DNA of 64,000 nt from Escherichia coli (GCF_030013595.1 NZ_CP122768.1); one strand, 5' to 3'; shown: positions 11,390-21,966, counted from the stretch's first letter. Translations and numbers: made by a program. The notes: generated by a model from the sequence alone, not told the origin.

Positions 11390-13044
11390 CCCCAGAATGC
11401 ATCACCATCGGTCATGCGGGAACGCTGACCAAAATTAATATCTCCCAGATTTTTCGTTACCCTGTCTGCCAGTTGTCCGGCATCCTCGCCGGGCTTCTGG
11501 GTGATGTTAAATTCCGCCCGTATCTGATACGTGGGTTTTACTTCCACCCGGCTGATACTGCCGGGGGTATGCTGAAGCGCTGAAAGGCGGTCAGCCTCCC
11601 CCGATGCGGGTTCCTGACGAGTTTTCTGTAGTTGATCGCGGGCAGCGCGAACACGCTCCCTCGCCCCATCAAAATCAGGTTCTTCCTTCGGTCCCAGCAA
11701 AGGATCGAGAAATGCATCAAACTTTTTATCGTCATGGTTCCAGGGGAGATAACCGCGGGTGTCTTTATAAGCCTGTACAACCTGTTTCGTCAGCTCCGGA
11801 TTTTTCCTGAGCAGTTCATCAAACCATTCACCCTGACCGTTTTTCTGCGCCACCGCTCTCGCCAGCTCAGGCGAACCCATTTTTGCCAGATATTCCAGCA
11901 CCTCTCGCCGGTCCTCCCGCGAATCATCCGCCAGCCCCCACTCAATGGCTTTCTGCGTTATTCCTGCAAGAACTTTTCCGAATTTCCACATCCACTCGGA
12001 CAAATCGATCAACGCCGGCAGGGCATCATCAAGGATAAATGCCTGAATCTTCTCAAGGCCACCCTCCTTAAACCAAGCCGCAAGATCATCCGTCACCTGT
12101 TGGATACGTGGCGCAAGCTCATTACCCAGTTGTCCGCTGATTTCATCAATGGAAGAACTCAAAACATTACGGAGATTTGACAGCGCCACATGCCCCTGAA
12201 CTGCGCCATCAGCCCCTTCTTTTGTCACCAGGTTATAGCGTTTCTGCTCACTGATAAGCTCCCGGAAGGTTTTTCCTGACAGACGCATCCAGGTCAGAAT
12301 TTTATTGGCCTCCCCCCCAAACAGCGCATCTGCCATCCCCGCCGCCTGCTGCTCATTCTCCACCTGCAGTAAGCGATCAAACAAAAATTCGACCTGTTCC
12401 TGGTTGTTTTTTCCGGCCATTACGCCCGCTTTCAGCCCCAGTTTACCGAATACCTCCTGAATGGCTCCTTTGTCCGTGGCACCATTATCATCGTCAAAAA
12501 CCTTGTTCCGGTATTCCTCAAACAGATCACCAATGTTTTCGCCGTTTAACCCCATCTGACGGCCCAGTGAATCCCACGCCGCATAGGTTTCGTAATCCAC
12601 CCCATAACTCCGGGCTATCCCTGCCCGCTCTGCCGTTTCCGAATTCCGGTTCAGTACCGCGCTGGCACCTGCTGCCAGCGTCAGCCCGGAACCAACAGAG
12701 AGCCCGAGTCCGGTTTTAAGAAATGTCCCTGCCCGTCCTTTCCAGCGTTCCAGGCGCTCTGCCCGTTCAAGCTGGCGATTAAATCGCTCCTGCTCCGCTG
12801 CAGCATCATTGATTTTCCGTTTCAGCTTTTCATACTGCTTTCGCAGATCGGTAATATCCTGCCCTGCCAGTACGCCAGCCTGAATTTTTCGCTTCAGTAC
12901 ATCCTGCTGACGCGTCAGGCGTGCCACTTCCTGTGTCGCACCAGCCAGACCTCGCTTCAGCCCCTCTGTCGATTTTTTCCACGACGGGTCAATAGTGCCG
13001 CCGATCCGGATATTCGCTCTGAGGTTATCGCCCACCGTTGCCAT
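11386..13044 (-). CDS. tail tape measure protein
   Basis: 552-aa ORF, coiled-coil-rich, positioned after the E/E' chaperone. Confidence 0.8.
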   Translation of the reverse strand: MATVGDNLRANIRIGGTIDPSWKKSTEGLKRGLAGATQEVARLTRQQDVLKRKIQAGVLAGQDITDLRKQYEKLKRKINDAAAEQERFNRQLERAERLERWKGRAGTFLKTGLGLSVGSGLTLAAGASAVLNRNSETAERAGIARSYGVDYETYAAWDSLGRQMGLNGENIGDLFEEYRNKVFDDDNGATDKGAIQEVFGKLGLKAGVMAGKNNQEQVEFLFDRLLQVENEQQAAGMADALFGGEANKILTWMRLSGKTFRELISEQKRYNLVTKEGADGAVQGHVALSNLRNVLSSSIDEISGQLGNELAPRIQQVTDDLAAWFKEGGLEKIQAFILDDALPALIDLSEWMWKFGKVLAGITQKAIEWGLADDSREDRREVLEYLAKMGSPELARAVAQKNGQGEWFDELLRKNPELTKQVVQAYKDTRGYLPWNHDDKKFDAFLDPLLGPKEEPDFDGARERVRAARDQLQKTRQEPASGEADRLSALQHTPGSISRVEVKPTYQIRAEFNITQKPGEDAGQLADRVTKNLGDINFGQRSRMTDGDAFWG

Positions 13045-13470
13045 AACACTGCTTCCTCTCTTCCGCCTCTGCCAGCATTATTGCCACAAAATCCTCATAC
13101 GGCAGTGCCATCACATCTCCGGGTGACCACCCGAACCATACTCCGGCACGCCGTATCGCCATCAGGATGTTTTCTTCTTCCGCCGGACCGGCGGCAGCAA
13201 AAAAACATTAAACTGCCGCTCCAGGGCCAGGTAATCACACGCTTCCATGTTCATCATGTCTGCCGCGTCCATCCCGCACAGACCGGCAATCATATCCAGA
13301 TCAGCCTCTGCTTCCGGTTTGGTACTCCGGCGATGCAACAGACGATCGCGGACGGTGGGCGCACGCATGGTGACGTGCGTGATCGTCTGTCCTGATGCGG
13401 TGACATACGGCACGGATAACACAATTTCCACGCAGCTGGCAGGAACACTGTTTTTTTCCGACATAAGCAT
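13025..13470 (-). CDS. predicted E+E' tail chaperone fusion via programmed -1 frameshift
   Basis: Minus-strand heptamer t-ttt-ttg at about 13198-13204; the -1 frame stays open for ~57 codons to a stop at about 13025, overlapping the tape-measure start as in P2 E/E'. Confidence 0.45.
13162..13470 (-). CDS. tail assembly chaperone E-like
   Basis: 102-aa ORF between tube and tape measure genes; contains slippery T_TTT_TTG near its 3' end. Confidence 0.65.
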   Translation of the reverse strand: MLMSEKNSVPASCVEIVLSVPYVTASGQTITHVTMRAPTVRDRLLHRRSTKPEAEADLDMIAGLCGMDAADMMNMEACDYLALERQFNVFLLPPVRRKKKTS

Positions 13471-13522
13471 CTCCTAAAAAAAGAAAAGGCGGCCTGAGCC
13501 GCCTGAATGGCAGATCCCCGGA

Positions 13523-14041
13523 TTAAACCCGGATGATTTTTTTCAGATCCGACAGAACATTAACGCCGTTAATACGACGTACAAATTCCTCCGGAATAAT
13601 GCAGATGGTTTCCAGGCCATCGACAGCCTGACGGTAATAACTCAGTGACATTTCCACTGTCACCGAAGCCTCTGCCTGTGATGTTGCCGGACGTGCATCC
13701 GGCGTGATACTGGTGATCATCCCCTGCAGGGTTTCCACCTGTCCGCTGGTCGCATTTCCCACCCGATAAGCCTGGCGCACAACAATCTCCGGCGAATAAA
13801 GCCCGGCCTGCAATCCCAGCAGCGTAAGCATGGCAACATCATAACCATAAATCTTAAACGAACAGGTCAGCGCTTCCATGCCGTCATCCACTGCCACCGG
13901 TGCATCCATTGCGCCGGTTTTGATATCCACTGTCGTGATATTAATGGCAGGCGGCGTGTATTCATGCGCACCCTGAAGGCGGATCCCGCCAGGAAGAAAT
14001 AACGCCCATGCACGCAACAGTTTTTTTTCACCCGTAATCAT
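13523..14041 (-). CDS. tail tube protein (FII-like)
   Basis: 172-aa ORF directly downstream of the sheath gene. Confidence 0.75.
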   Translation of the reverse strand: MITGEKKLLRAWALFLPGGIRLQGAHEYTPPAINITTVDIKTGAMDAPVAVDDGMEALTCSFKIYGYDVAMLTLLGLQAGLYSPEIVVRQAYRVGNATSGQVETLQGMITSITPDARPATSQAEASVTVEMSLSYYRQAVDGLETICIIPEEFVRRINGVNVLSDLKKIIRV

Positions 14042-15513
14042 ACCGTCAGTTCCTCCAGCGCCAGTTTATTGTTAATCATTGCCCGCAGTGTCAGGCGCTC
14101 CAGTGGTGACTTCGGCCCAAAGTCATAATCGATATACAACTGCCCTGCCGCCAGGGTTTCTGCTGTATTCAGTTCATCATTCAGCCAGGCGCTGCCACCG
14201 TGGATCGCACCCAGATTTTTAAGCTGACGCATATAGGCATTAATGCTGCCAAGAATGTCGTCTGCCACATCCCGATCAAGCGGGCGATCGACATAAGGCA
14301 ACATGGCCTCCTGGATACTGTCCTCAATCACATCTGCAGTGCGACGTACCGGTTCAAAGCGCCACTGACTGTGGGATGTGCACAGACGGTTACCCCAGTG
14401 TTTAAAACCGTCATGGCGAATAATGGTGGAGATATTTTCCATGTTCAGCAGGTTTGCCGTGCAGTTCTGCTCCCCGAGAATAAACGTATCCACCTGCTCC
14501 AGACCGGTGATATTCATCACGTCCTGGTTTGATTTGGACCACCACCACCCTTTTTCATAATCAATACGGGCACGCAGCCCGGCAGCACGAGCCGAATATG
14601 GACGAAATACCGTTTGCCCGCTGTCATCCGTCACTGACACGCGCGGACGCAGCAGCTCCACACGTCCGCCAAATGACGCGCGCCGCTGAACCACATCCTG
14701 CGGCGTTGCCATTGAGGGCGAGTCAATATAGGCCACAGCCCGCAACTTCGCGGCATACGTTTCCAGCGCCTTTGCCACGCCATCATCCTCACTGTACCCC
14801 GTGGCAATGAGGATGCGCGGTTGATAGCCTGTCACGCCCTTACTTTCTGTCAGCGCCTCCATGGCCTGAATCACCGCCGCACGCTGTTCGGCCTCTTTCG
14901 CCTTTGCTTTACTTTCTGCGCGCACCACAATCACCAGCGCACCAGTCTGGTCAAAAATATCACGCAGGGCCGGGTATAATGTTCCGGCTGTGCCCAGTTT
15001 CCCCGCCTGAGTAATGGCCCCTGCCACCACCACCGGTGTGTTGACCGGGAACGCCTCATCTTCCCCGCCGGATAACGTCAGGCTGAACGGCGACACCACT
15101 TTATTTTCAGCGCCTCCTGCATTCAGGGTGCTGGCAGCCGCCGTCACAGGCGAATCCCCCAGCGCATTCACCACTTCAGTCACACAATCCACCGTGGCGT
15201 TAACCTGGCTGTGTTCGTCCGTCCCCAGTGTTATCGTCAGGGTCGTACCTTTCAGCGAGGCCACTGTCTGCGCGTTTTGTTCCGTGGCAGCCACGGCAAC
15301 AACCGAAATCTTATTACCGACCCGACCTTCCTGTTTCGCCGTGAAATCCAGCGCCGTTCCCAGCAGCCAGGAACCGGCTGTGCCGGAAGCGCACACACCA
15401 CCAGAGGCGTCCGGCGCTGTCCCCACCAGGCCAATCACTGCCGTGGAGATGGTTTGCACGGCAACCGTGCCTGTCGTCAGTTCAATGGTTTCAACACCAT
15501 GTAATCCGGACAT
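14038..15513 (-). CDS. contractile tail sheath protein (FI-like)
   Basis: 491-aa ORF preceding the tube gene; sheath size class. Confidence 0.8.
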   Translation of the reverse strand: MSGLHGVETIELTTGTVAVQTISTAVIGLVGTAPDASGGVCASGTAGSWLLGTALDFTAKQEGRVGNKISVVAVAATEQNAQTVASLKGTTLTITLGTDEHSQVNATVDCVTEVVNALGDSPVTAAASTLNAGGAENKVVSPFSLTLSGGEDEAFPVNTPVVVAGAITQAGKLGTAGTLYPALRDIFDQTGALVIVVRAESKAKAKEAEQRAAVIQAMEALTESKGVTGYQPRILIATGYSEDDGVAKALETYAAKLRAVAYIDSPSMATPQDVVQRRASFGGRVELLRPRVSVTDDSGQTVFRPYSARAAGLRARIDYEKGWWWSKSNQDVMNITGLEQVDTFILGEQNCTANLLNMENISTIIRHDGFKHWGNRLCTSHSQWRFEPVRRTADVIEDSIQEAMLPYVDRPLDRDVADDILGSINAYMRQLKNLGAIHGGSAWLNDELNTAETLAAGQLYIDYDFGPKSPLERLTLRAMINNKLALEELTV

Positions 15514-15567
15514 ACATTTCTCCCATAAAAAAACCGCCCTCAGGCGGTCAGATGATTAACTTCTTTT

Positions 15568-16113
15568 TCAGGTATTTTGTGGCTGCTCAGGCCAGCTAAT
15601 ATTGTTGTAAGTGGTCTTATCCGTAATAGCGCTGAAATCCATCGCCTGCAGCGATTTCGCGTAAATGCGGTACGCTTTGAGCTTTTCCCTGTCTTCGTCA
15701 CTGATTAATCCCAGCAGCAGGTCTTTTTCCCATTCGCTGGTCATGATGCTGACCTGTTTTAACAGTGCATCACGCTCATCTTCCGCTTTAAGTTTGTAGT
15801 CAAAAACAAATTCATCATTGCGGTAGAACCAGTATCCCGACGCCTCAATGCGACGATTAGCGGTAATATCCGGCAACTCAATCACACTTTTATTTTCCGG
15901 GCAGATTGAGGTGATGTCTTTTCCGACCCAGACCACTTCGCCAGTTTCAACATAAATAACTTTCAGAGTGTCTGGCTGAAATTTTTCCTGGGCTTCGTGC
16001 CATTCCTGACCATCATCGGAGAACAGCCACAATAAAAATTTATGCTGTCGTGCCAGCTGGTATTGCTCAATTGTTTTAGGGTTTTGTGCCGTAAGATTTT
16101 TTAAGTGCATCAT
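15568..16113 (-). CDS. tail fibre assembly protein (gpG-like)
   Basis: 181-aa ORF downstream of fibre gene H. Confidence 0.65.
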   Translation of the reverse strand: MMHLKNLTAQNPKTIEQYQLARQHKFLLWLFSDDGQEWHEAQEKFQPDTLKVIYVETGEVVWVGKDITSICPENKSVIELPDITANRRIEASGYWFYRNDEFVFDYKLKAEDERDALLKQVSIMTSEWEKDLLLGLISDEDREKLKAYRIYAKSLQAMDFSAITDKTTYNNISWPEQPQNT

Positions 16114-16115
16114 GA

Positions 16116-17465
16116 TTACAAACTCGCTACATTTCGCCAGACACCATTAATCAGAACCTGCACCGGGCGTGCATTGGCCCAGTCCACACTTTCACCGCCA
16201 TCAACACCACTCAGTAAATGACCTGATGGCGCATTTCCTCCGCGTCCAATACCAATGGCACCTCCCAGACGCACATCCTGCACACCACCTGTTCTGGTCT
16301 GGTAACGGGCATCAAAATTTCCGTAGTTTGATGGAACCATCTGCCCGTTTACGGCAAACGTTATGCTGTTATCCGTATTCCTCTGACTGTAAAAATGCCA
16401 GCCAGAATCATCACCAAGCTCTGCAACAACAGGCCTTGAGGAATTTCCCCATAGACTAAATCTTGCACTCTTCGTGGAAGAACTGTCACACGACAGCGTG
16501 AACTTTCTTAAATTGCCGGTCGAGAGATTTTCTAATGCCAGCACACCGTTTTTTGTAAAACGAAAGGCGTTGTGTCCCTCTGCAAACACATTAATAACAC
16601 CGCGTCCGCCCCACTTAAAACCGGTATTGCTATCACAGAGCGTGAGTGATTTTTCACCCAGATTGTTCTCATTACCGATGCCAATCCTGTCACCAATAAC
16701 CACATCGCCCTGGCGCAGGTTAATGGAAATGGGCCGCAGTGGGCCAATATCACCATTTTCTCCATGGTCTTCCTGCGTGGGAATGAAGTGCAGGTAATCT
16801 TCTGAACGACGAAAAATCAGGCCAAAAGCCTCGTTGAAAATCCTCAGCGCATTAACACCACGGATTTTCAGTTCCCCGGTCATGGTGTCACCATCACGCT
16901 GAACGGCATTTTTTGCCTTGTCCACCGTGGGTTTTAATCCGAGGTTTTCAACAGCCTCATCCTTGTCTTCCACATCCGAAAGATTCTTTTTTCGTTGCAG
17001 ATAGCGTCTGTCTCCGATTTCCTGAGTAATAATGGCCCTGTCCGGATCAACTTCCAGCACCACGTTTTGTGCGTGCGTCAACCCAAGAACCAGCGTCAGA
17101 ATAACTTCCTTGATAACGGAGTCCGTCTGGTCTGGTAAAAAGGTGTCGGGATAACGTCCGTACGCGATAAGCGTACCTCTGTCGCTGATCATCCCCAGTT
17201 CACGAAGGGTTTTACCGGGGTATGATTTACAGTCAATCACAATATCCCCGCTGATGAAGCCCTCCTCCACCGCACCGTCGGAAAAGGGTTCCTGCCCGAA
17301 TTCGCCGTACAACGATGTCATTGCTGCCATTTCATCCGGCGTGGATGGCAATGCACGCCCGCCCCCGTCACCAAGCAGAACATGCCGGACGGTCACGGTT
17401 TGCCCGTTCTGATATGCTGCTTCAATTTCTGCAGCGCCGGACGTTGTCAGAATCAGTCCATTCAT
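16116..17465 (-). CDS. tail fibre protein (gpH-like)
   Basis: 449-aa ORF after baseplate I, Gly-rich C-terminal region. Confidence 0.7.
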   Translation of the reverse strand: MNGLILTTSGAAEIEAAYQNGQTVTVRHVLLGDGGGRALPSTPDEMAAMTSLYGEFGQEPFSDGAVEEGFISGDIVIDCKSYPGKTLRELGMISDRGTLIAYGRYPDTFLPDQTDSVIKEVILTLVLGLTHAQNVVLEVDPDRAIITQEIGDRRYLQRKKNLSDVEDKDEAVENLGLKPTVDKAKNAVQRDGDTMTGELKIRGVNALRIFNEAFGLIFRRSEDYLHFIPTQEDHGENGDIGPLRPISINLRQGDVVIGDRIGIGNENNLGEKSLTLCDSNTGFKWGGRGVINVFAEGHNAFRFTKNGVLALENLSTGNLRKFTLSCDSSSTKSARFSLWGNSSRPVVAELGDDSGWHFYSQRNTDNSITFAVNGQMVPSNYGNFDARYQTRTGGVQDVRLGGAIGIGRGGNAPSGHLLSGVDGGESVDWANARPVQVLINGVWRNVASL

Positions 17466-18052
17466 ACACCTGCCTCACTCTGCCCGCCTGTGGGCACTGT
17501 CTTTGTTGTCACACCGGTACTTCTGATTTTTTCTGTCGCCATCACATAGCCGTAACCAAATCCACGCCCTGTGCTGTTCCCGTAAACGTGAATACTGAAC
17601 CAGCTGCGCAGATTTTTGGCACGGAGCACCGCATGCTTCAGATCCTGATGATCATTCATCAGCACCGGTAAATCTTTCTGCTCCACGTTCAGACGGAAGG
17701 TATACGGCTCCCCGGGTGGGGTCTGCTCATACCACTCAACAATCTGCGACCGGAAGGGACTGTCAGCCAGCGATGCCATCAGCGCCGCTTTAGTCCCTCT
17801 GTGGCGGTGGATGTATGCAGCACGTTTTATCGCAGACCGTTTTTCCGCCTCCGTCCAGTGTTCATTCCAGGTGTCCACCGCCATTTCCCAGGCCAGCCAT
17901 GGCAGCAATTCAGCAGGACATAAATCGGGATTTTTGACATAGCGGATCAGACATACTGCGATTTCCGCCAGCATATCACCGGCGGTACTGTCCACCACCC
18001 GCTCTGCCCGGCTGGCACTGACCGGCAGTATGCTCCTGATATCGTCATTCAT
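17462..18052 (-). CDS. baseplate protein I-like
   Basis: 196-aa ORF in P2 V-W-J-I order. Confidence 0.65.
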   Translation of the reverse strand: MNDDIRSILPVSASRAERVVDSTAGDMLAEIAVCLIRYVKNPDLCPAELLPWLAWEMAVDTWNEHWTEAEKRSAIKRAAYIHRHRGTKAALMASLADSPFRSQIVEWYEQTPPGEPYTFRLNVEQKDLPVLMNDHQDLKHAVLRAKNLRSWFSIHVYGNSTGRGFGYGYVMATEKIRSTGVTTKTVPTGGQSEAGV

Positions 18053-18959
18053 CAGTTGTCTCCACCTTATTCAGCGTTACCTTGCGGCACCACGGTGCCT
18101 GCCCCATCGCAGGAACGATATCACTGCCCGGAGAGGTCAGATTCACCGTAATCACCCCGGTCTGGTGAAGGGCACCATCCATGCCAGAACGGGATGCCAC
18201 CGAGCCAATCAGGTGGACGCTGTCAGTGTATGACTGCAGCGCCTTGCGGGCATTTGCCATAACCAGTTCACCATCCAGTCCGTAGGGAATATGAATATCC
18301 GCCACCACATCGTAGGGAATAATTTCTGCCGTCCGGACACTGACAAAATCCGTCAGGGGACGGGTTTCATCATCACAGACTGATGCTGCCACCTTATCCA
18401 GCAGGGGTTGTGATGCAGTGCCATTTCCGGACCGGGATAACACATAAAGAAAAACACGCCCTTCCTGTGAATGCGTTTCCGGCCCGTAAGCCTTCACATC
18501 CAGCACATCAGGATCAGCACTTTGCGCAAAATAGTGGTACGCATTTTTCGCGCCGGCGGTGCTCAGCCGTGCCCATGACAACTGGATACGTTCGCGAAAA
18601 GCGTCATCATCTTCATACACCGCAGGCGTGGGCGGAATGGTGCTGTCATCTGCCGGGGTAATCACCAGACGCTGCACCTGAAAATTCGCACCAATCTGAT
18701 CCAGGTCGTTCCTCCGGGCACTCGCAAGCAATACACCCCGGACAGCATCATTGACCTGCTGGCGCATCAGCGCCACGCGAAAAGCCAGCGCCTCTGCCCA
18801 TTTATACGCCGGATCGGATTCCACCAGGGCCGAAAACAACGTGTCCAGCTCCTGATACTTCGTCACTATCTGAGTGACCAGCACAGCAGTGTCCGGCACC
18901 TCCACCGCATCCGGTACCGGTATCGCAGACAGATCAATAATTGCCTGAGACGTTGCCAA
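18045..18959 (-). CDS. baseplate J-like protein
   Basis: 304-aa ORF, position between W and I. Confidence 0.7.
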   Translation of the reverse strand: MATSQAIIDLSAIPVPDAVEVPDTAVLVTQIVTKYQELDTLFSALVESDPAYKWAEALAFRVALMRQQVNDAVRGVLLASARRNDLDQIGANFQVQRLVITPADDSTIPPTPAVYEDDDAFRERIQLSWARLSTAGAKNAYHYFAQSADPDVLDVKAYGPETHSQEGRVFLYVLSRSGNGTASQPLLDKVAASVCDDETRPLTDFVSVRTAEIIPYDVVADIHIPYGLDGELVMANARKALQSYTDSVHLIGSVASRSGMDGALHQTGVITVNLTSPGSDIVPAMGQAPWCRKVTLNKVETTDE

Positions 18960-19290
18960 TTTTTATCTCCTCGAGTCGAATCGTATCCTGAGTTTCGTTA
19001 TTCACCCCGACAAGCGTCAGCCACGCGCTTCCTTCTCCTGTCCACGTCACTTCCACCCGCCGGAGAGTCAGGCGGGGTTCCCAGCGTTCAAGGGCGGTTA
19101 CCGTTTCGCGAACAATTCTCACCCGCGTGAAATCATCCTGTGGGTTATCAAGCAGACTGAAAAGTCTGCTGCCGTATTCCCTGAGCAGGACCCGGCTGCC
19201 GGCCGGTGTTGACAAAATATCAGTGACGGACTGGCGCAGATGTTCGTTACCGTGCAGATATCTGCCGGTGGCTGAATCAATACCAATCAT
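18934..19290 (-). CDS. baseplate wedge W-like (GPW/gp25 family)
   Basis: 118-aa ORF, position between V and J. Confidence 0.65.
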   Translation of the reverse strand: MIGIDSATGRYLHGNEHLRQSVTDILSTPAGSRVLLREYGSRLFSLLDNPQDDFTRVRIVRETVTALERWEPRLTLRRVEVTWTGEGSAWLTLVGVNNETQDTIRLEEIKIGNVSGNY

Positions 19291-19323
19291 GTTGTTTATT
19301 CCGGAAAAAGAACTGAAAGGAGA

Positions 19324-19947
19324 TTACATTTGCTGACCAGGCTGTCCGGTGCTGCCACCACTGTCGCCCCGGTGATTGTGACCGTTATAGACAATTCTGA
19401 TTTGACTCATCGTTCCGTGATAATCAGAAACCTCACCACCGACCATCAGATCCGCCTTAACCACCGCCTCAGCATTCATGGTTGCTTTACCCTGTACGGT
19501 CAGGGTATCTGTGATTTCTACCGGACCGTCCAGGGTTCCCCTGCCGGTAATTTTATAGCTGCCGCCTTCAGCCAGCGTGATGGACAGGGCATTAGCCTGA
19601 CGGTCGTAACGGATTTCCGTTCCGGTATCAAACAAAATAACATGTTCGTATTCACTGCCCTCAGGGACAGGAATGGCGTCAATATTGGCCCCCGGATACA
19701 CCCGACCGTTACGCAAATCGCCCGCCTCCGATATCACTGTAACGGCATCTCCGGGAGCCGGGTAATTACTGACCTGCATGTAGCGCCCGGACTGTACCTG
19801 AATCCAGGGCAACGGAGGCGAAAGCACATCCCCGATATCCACCCGAACCATCACCGGGCTACCCGGGATCACCTCGTCCACCACGCCGCGACGGACCATG
19901 TCCGCCACCCTGCGGCGTAACTCTGCCACTTCATCTGCCAGACTCAT
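19324..19947 (-). CDS. baseplate spike / assembly protein V-like
   Basis: Track ORF 19324-20241 trimmed to the internal Met (MSLADEV…), giving ~207 aa like P2 gpV. Confidence 0.6.
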   Translation of the reverse strand: MSLADEVAELRRRVADMVRRGVVDEVIPGSPVMVRVDIGDVLSPPLPWIQVQSGRYMQVSNYPAPGDAVTVISEAGDLRNGRVYPGANIDAIPVPEGSEYEHVILFDTGTEIRYDRQANALSITLAEGGSYKITGRGTLDGPVEITDTLTVQGKATMNAEAVVKADLMVGGEVSDYHGTMSQIRIVYNGHNHRGDSGGSTGQPGQQM

Positions 19948-20497
19948 CACCGGTGCCCTCTGTTTTCCAGATAAGACGATAATCCCGCTCATGTTTCTTG
20001 CCGGTTTCCGGAGCTTTCCCCAGCCAGACTTCCTGTAAAGGCGCACCAGCCGGAACCTCGAACGGATCTTCTCCGACAGGAATATCCTGTTCAAAAGAAA
20101 CGCGGAAAACGATGTAGTCATCCAGAAGCCGGTCGAAGGTATCCACCTCAGCATCAATAAAAACAGCCGGATCAACGTTATCCAGCCCGAACGTGGCCCC
20201 CTCAATCCAGTCAGATAAATCCATCGCCAGACAACGGGCAAAAATCTGCGGTTTTGGCACGTTTTCCGTCTTCCCGGCCCGGTCTGTCACCACAAACAGA
20301 TCACATTTCAGCGTGACCCGCGTCTGCCCGTCGGCAAACTGAGCCTTGTCCCAGCCCGGTACATCCACAAACACGGCAGGCGTCACCAGTTGCGTCACTT
20401 TTTCCGGATACTCATCGGCATCTTCCACCCAGGGAATTTGTTTCAGACTGTCAATCACCGCCTGATGCCAGGCGCCCATCATCAATGGCTCCATCAC
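19931..20497 (-). CDS. virion morphogenesis / head-tail joining protein (unassigned)
   Basis: 188-aa ORF between head and baseplate modules. Confidence 0.4.
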   Translation of the reverse strand: MMEPLMMGAWHQAVIDSLKQIPWVEDADEYPEKVTQLVTPAVFVDVPGWDKAQFADGQTRVTLKCDLFVVTDRAGKTENVPKPQIFARCLAMDLSDWIEGATFGLDNVDPAVFIDAEVDTFDRLLDDYIVFRVSFEQDIPVGEDPFEVPAGAPLQEVWLGKAPETGKKHERDYRLIWKTEGTGDESGR

Positions 20498-21216
20498 TCC
20501 AGCCCCTTAAATACCCGGAATTTCAGTTCATGCTCAAAATTTTTCAGGATCAGTGCTTCCGCATCCGGAAAAACAAAATCCTCTATACGGTTCAGCATGG
20601 CTTCATAAATATCAATTTCCGCTTCACGCACCCTCCGTCGTCCGGATGCCTGTCGGATCAGTATCGTTTTCCTTTTTGATATACGTCCGTTACGATTTTC
20701 CGCTTCGAACTGGTTGATAAAGGCATCATCCGTTGACCAGGTGGTGACAGGCAGGGATTCCCCGGCAGGTTTAAAACTGATCTCCCGAGCCTTCCTGCGG
20801 CTGGAAGCTGGTGCAAAACGCCCCCGCTCATCGCGCAACTGATGGCGTTCGCCGCGTCGTCCCCCACTGATGCGTCCGCGCAGATCGCGTACTTTGATGG
20901 CGTTCAGACCGAACCATACCTTCGCCTCATCAAACTCATCACCGTTACGACGAATGATAAAATTATGCAGAACACGCTTTTTGATCATTTTCTGACTGCG
21001 TGGCGCAACCTGTTTTTTAAACTCTGCCAGGGCCTTCATCCGCAGTGCAGACGCGGCTCTTTTCAGCGCCACGCCCCAGGCTTTACGGATCTGACTTTTT
21101 GACCCACCCAGTTTAGCGATAATTTTCAGCACCTCATCTTCATCAATATCGACAACGAGGTTTCGTGCCAGCCGTCGCTGCCGGGCACTGCTTCGTTCAT
21201 GCTCTCTGACTGCCAT
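20494..21216 (-). CDS. virion morphogenesis protein (unassigned)
   Basis: Track ORF 20494-21276; start placed at internal Met MAVREHER; basic, Arg-rich. Confidence 0.4.
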   Translation of the reverse strand: MAVREHERSSARQRRLARNLVVDIDEDEVLKIIAKLGGSKSQIRKAWGVALKRAASALRMKALAEFKKQVAPRSQKMIKKRVLHNFIIRRNGDEFDEAKVWFGLNAIKVRDLRGRISGGRRGERHQLRDERGRFAPASSRRKAREISFKPAGESLPVTTWSTDDAFINQFEAENRNGRISKRKTILIRQASGRRRVREAEIDIYEAMLNRIEDFVFPDAEALILKNFEHELKFRVFKGLE

Positions 21217-21604
21217 AACGTTTACTCGGTCGTTCCGGTGCAGCAGGTGTATTTCTCCCGGGCTCTCCACGCGCAAGGGTGATGGTAATCACCCCCTGAC
21301 CCGCAGCGCCTGACTCATCCCAGCCGGGATCGACTACCTGATAGGGTTCGCCGTGGATCATGACCCTGTCATATTTTTTCAGACCGGCGGCCCATGCGCT
21401 CCGGGTAAATAACACGGGCGCAGTATCACGAATTTCGCCGCTGCCAGTGTTCATCCCGGTGTTATCTGCCGGGGCATCAAAAACGGCACGGATTTTTCTT
21501 TCCGTGCCGCCCGGATATATGCTGATTTCCGTCCCCATCGTATCCAGGATGATGTCATCCGCATCACTCATGGCCTGATCGAACAGATTATCGAACATCA
21601 TCAC
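21197..21604 (-). CDS. head-tail adaptor / head completion protein (unassigned)
   Basis: 135-aa ORF in the head-tail joining block. Confidence 0.4.
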   Translation of the reverse strand: MMMFDNLFDQAMSDADDIILDTMGTEISIYPGGTERKIRAVFDAPADNTGMNTGSGEIRDTAPVLFTRSAWAAGLKKYDRVMIHGEPYQVVDPGWDESGAAGQGVITITLARGEPGRNTPAAPERPSKRYGSQRA

Positions 21605-21966
21605 TCCCGGATTTTTTCTGCCAGACCGTCTGCCAGCAACGCGGGAACTGTGGCTTCATTAACCAGCACAACACTGGAGGCCCGGGCAAACATCAACATT
21701 TTTCCCGTCACAGCATCACAGGCTGGCATATGCGCCGTTTTCAGCATACGCACCCGGGCGAGTCCCTGCTCAGAATGCATTCCGTCGCCGGATGCATCGT
21801 TGCCCACCTCTTCCTTCCCCGTCTCCTCCCCATCGAATCCAGCGGCCTCCTCCTCCCATTCCGCCAGACGCTGCTCAAGATCGGCTTTTGAACCTGAAAT
21901 ATCTGCTTCACGCCCCAGAATCACTGCCAGTTCCTGCAAACGTTCAGTCATCTGCTCTTTTGTCAT
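21601..21966 (-). CDS. hypothetical head-associated protein
   Basis: Track ORF 21601-22098 trimmed to internal Met MTKEQM to avoid overlap with the capsid gene; acidic. Confidence 0.35.
   Translation of the reverse strand: MTKEQMTERLQELAVILGREADISGSKADLEQRLAEWEEEAAGFDGEETGKEEVGNDASGDGMHSEQGLARVRMLKTAHMPACDAVTGKMLMFARASSVVLVNEATVPALLADGLAEKIRE

Noticed and set aside
11632-12180. Long plus-strand ORFs inside the tape measure, capsid and replication genes (e.g. 11632-12180, 21792-22535, 39470-40216)
   Set aside because: They are antisense to well-supported genes and have Arg/Pro/Ser-rich low-complexity composition typical of spurious shadow ORFs.
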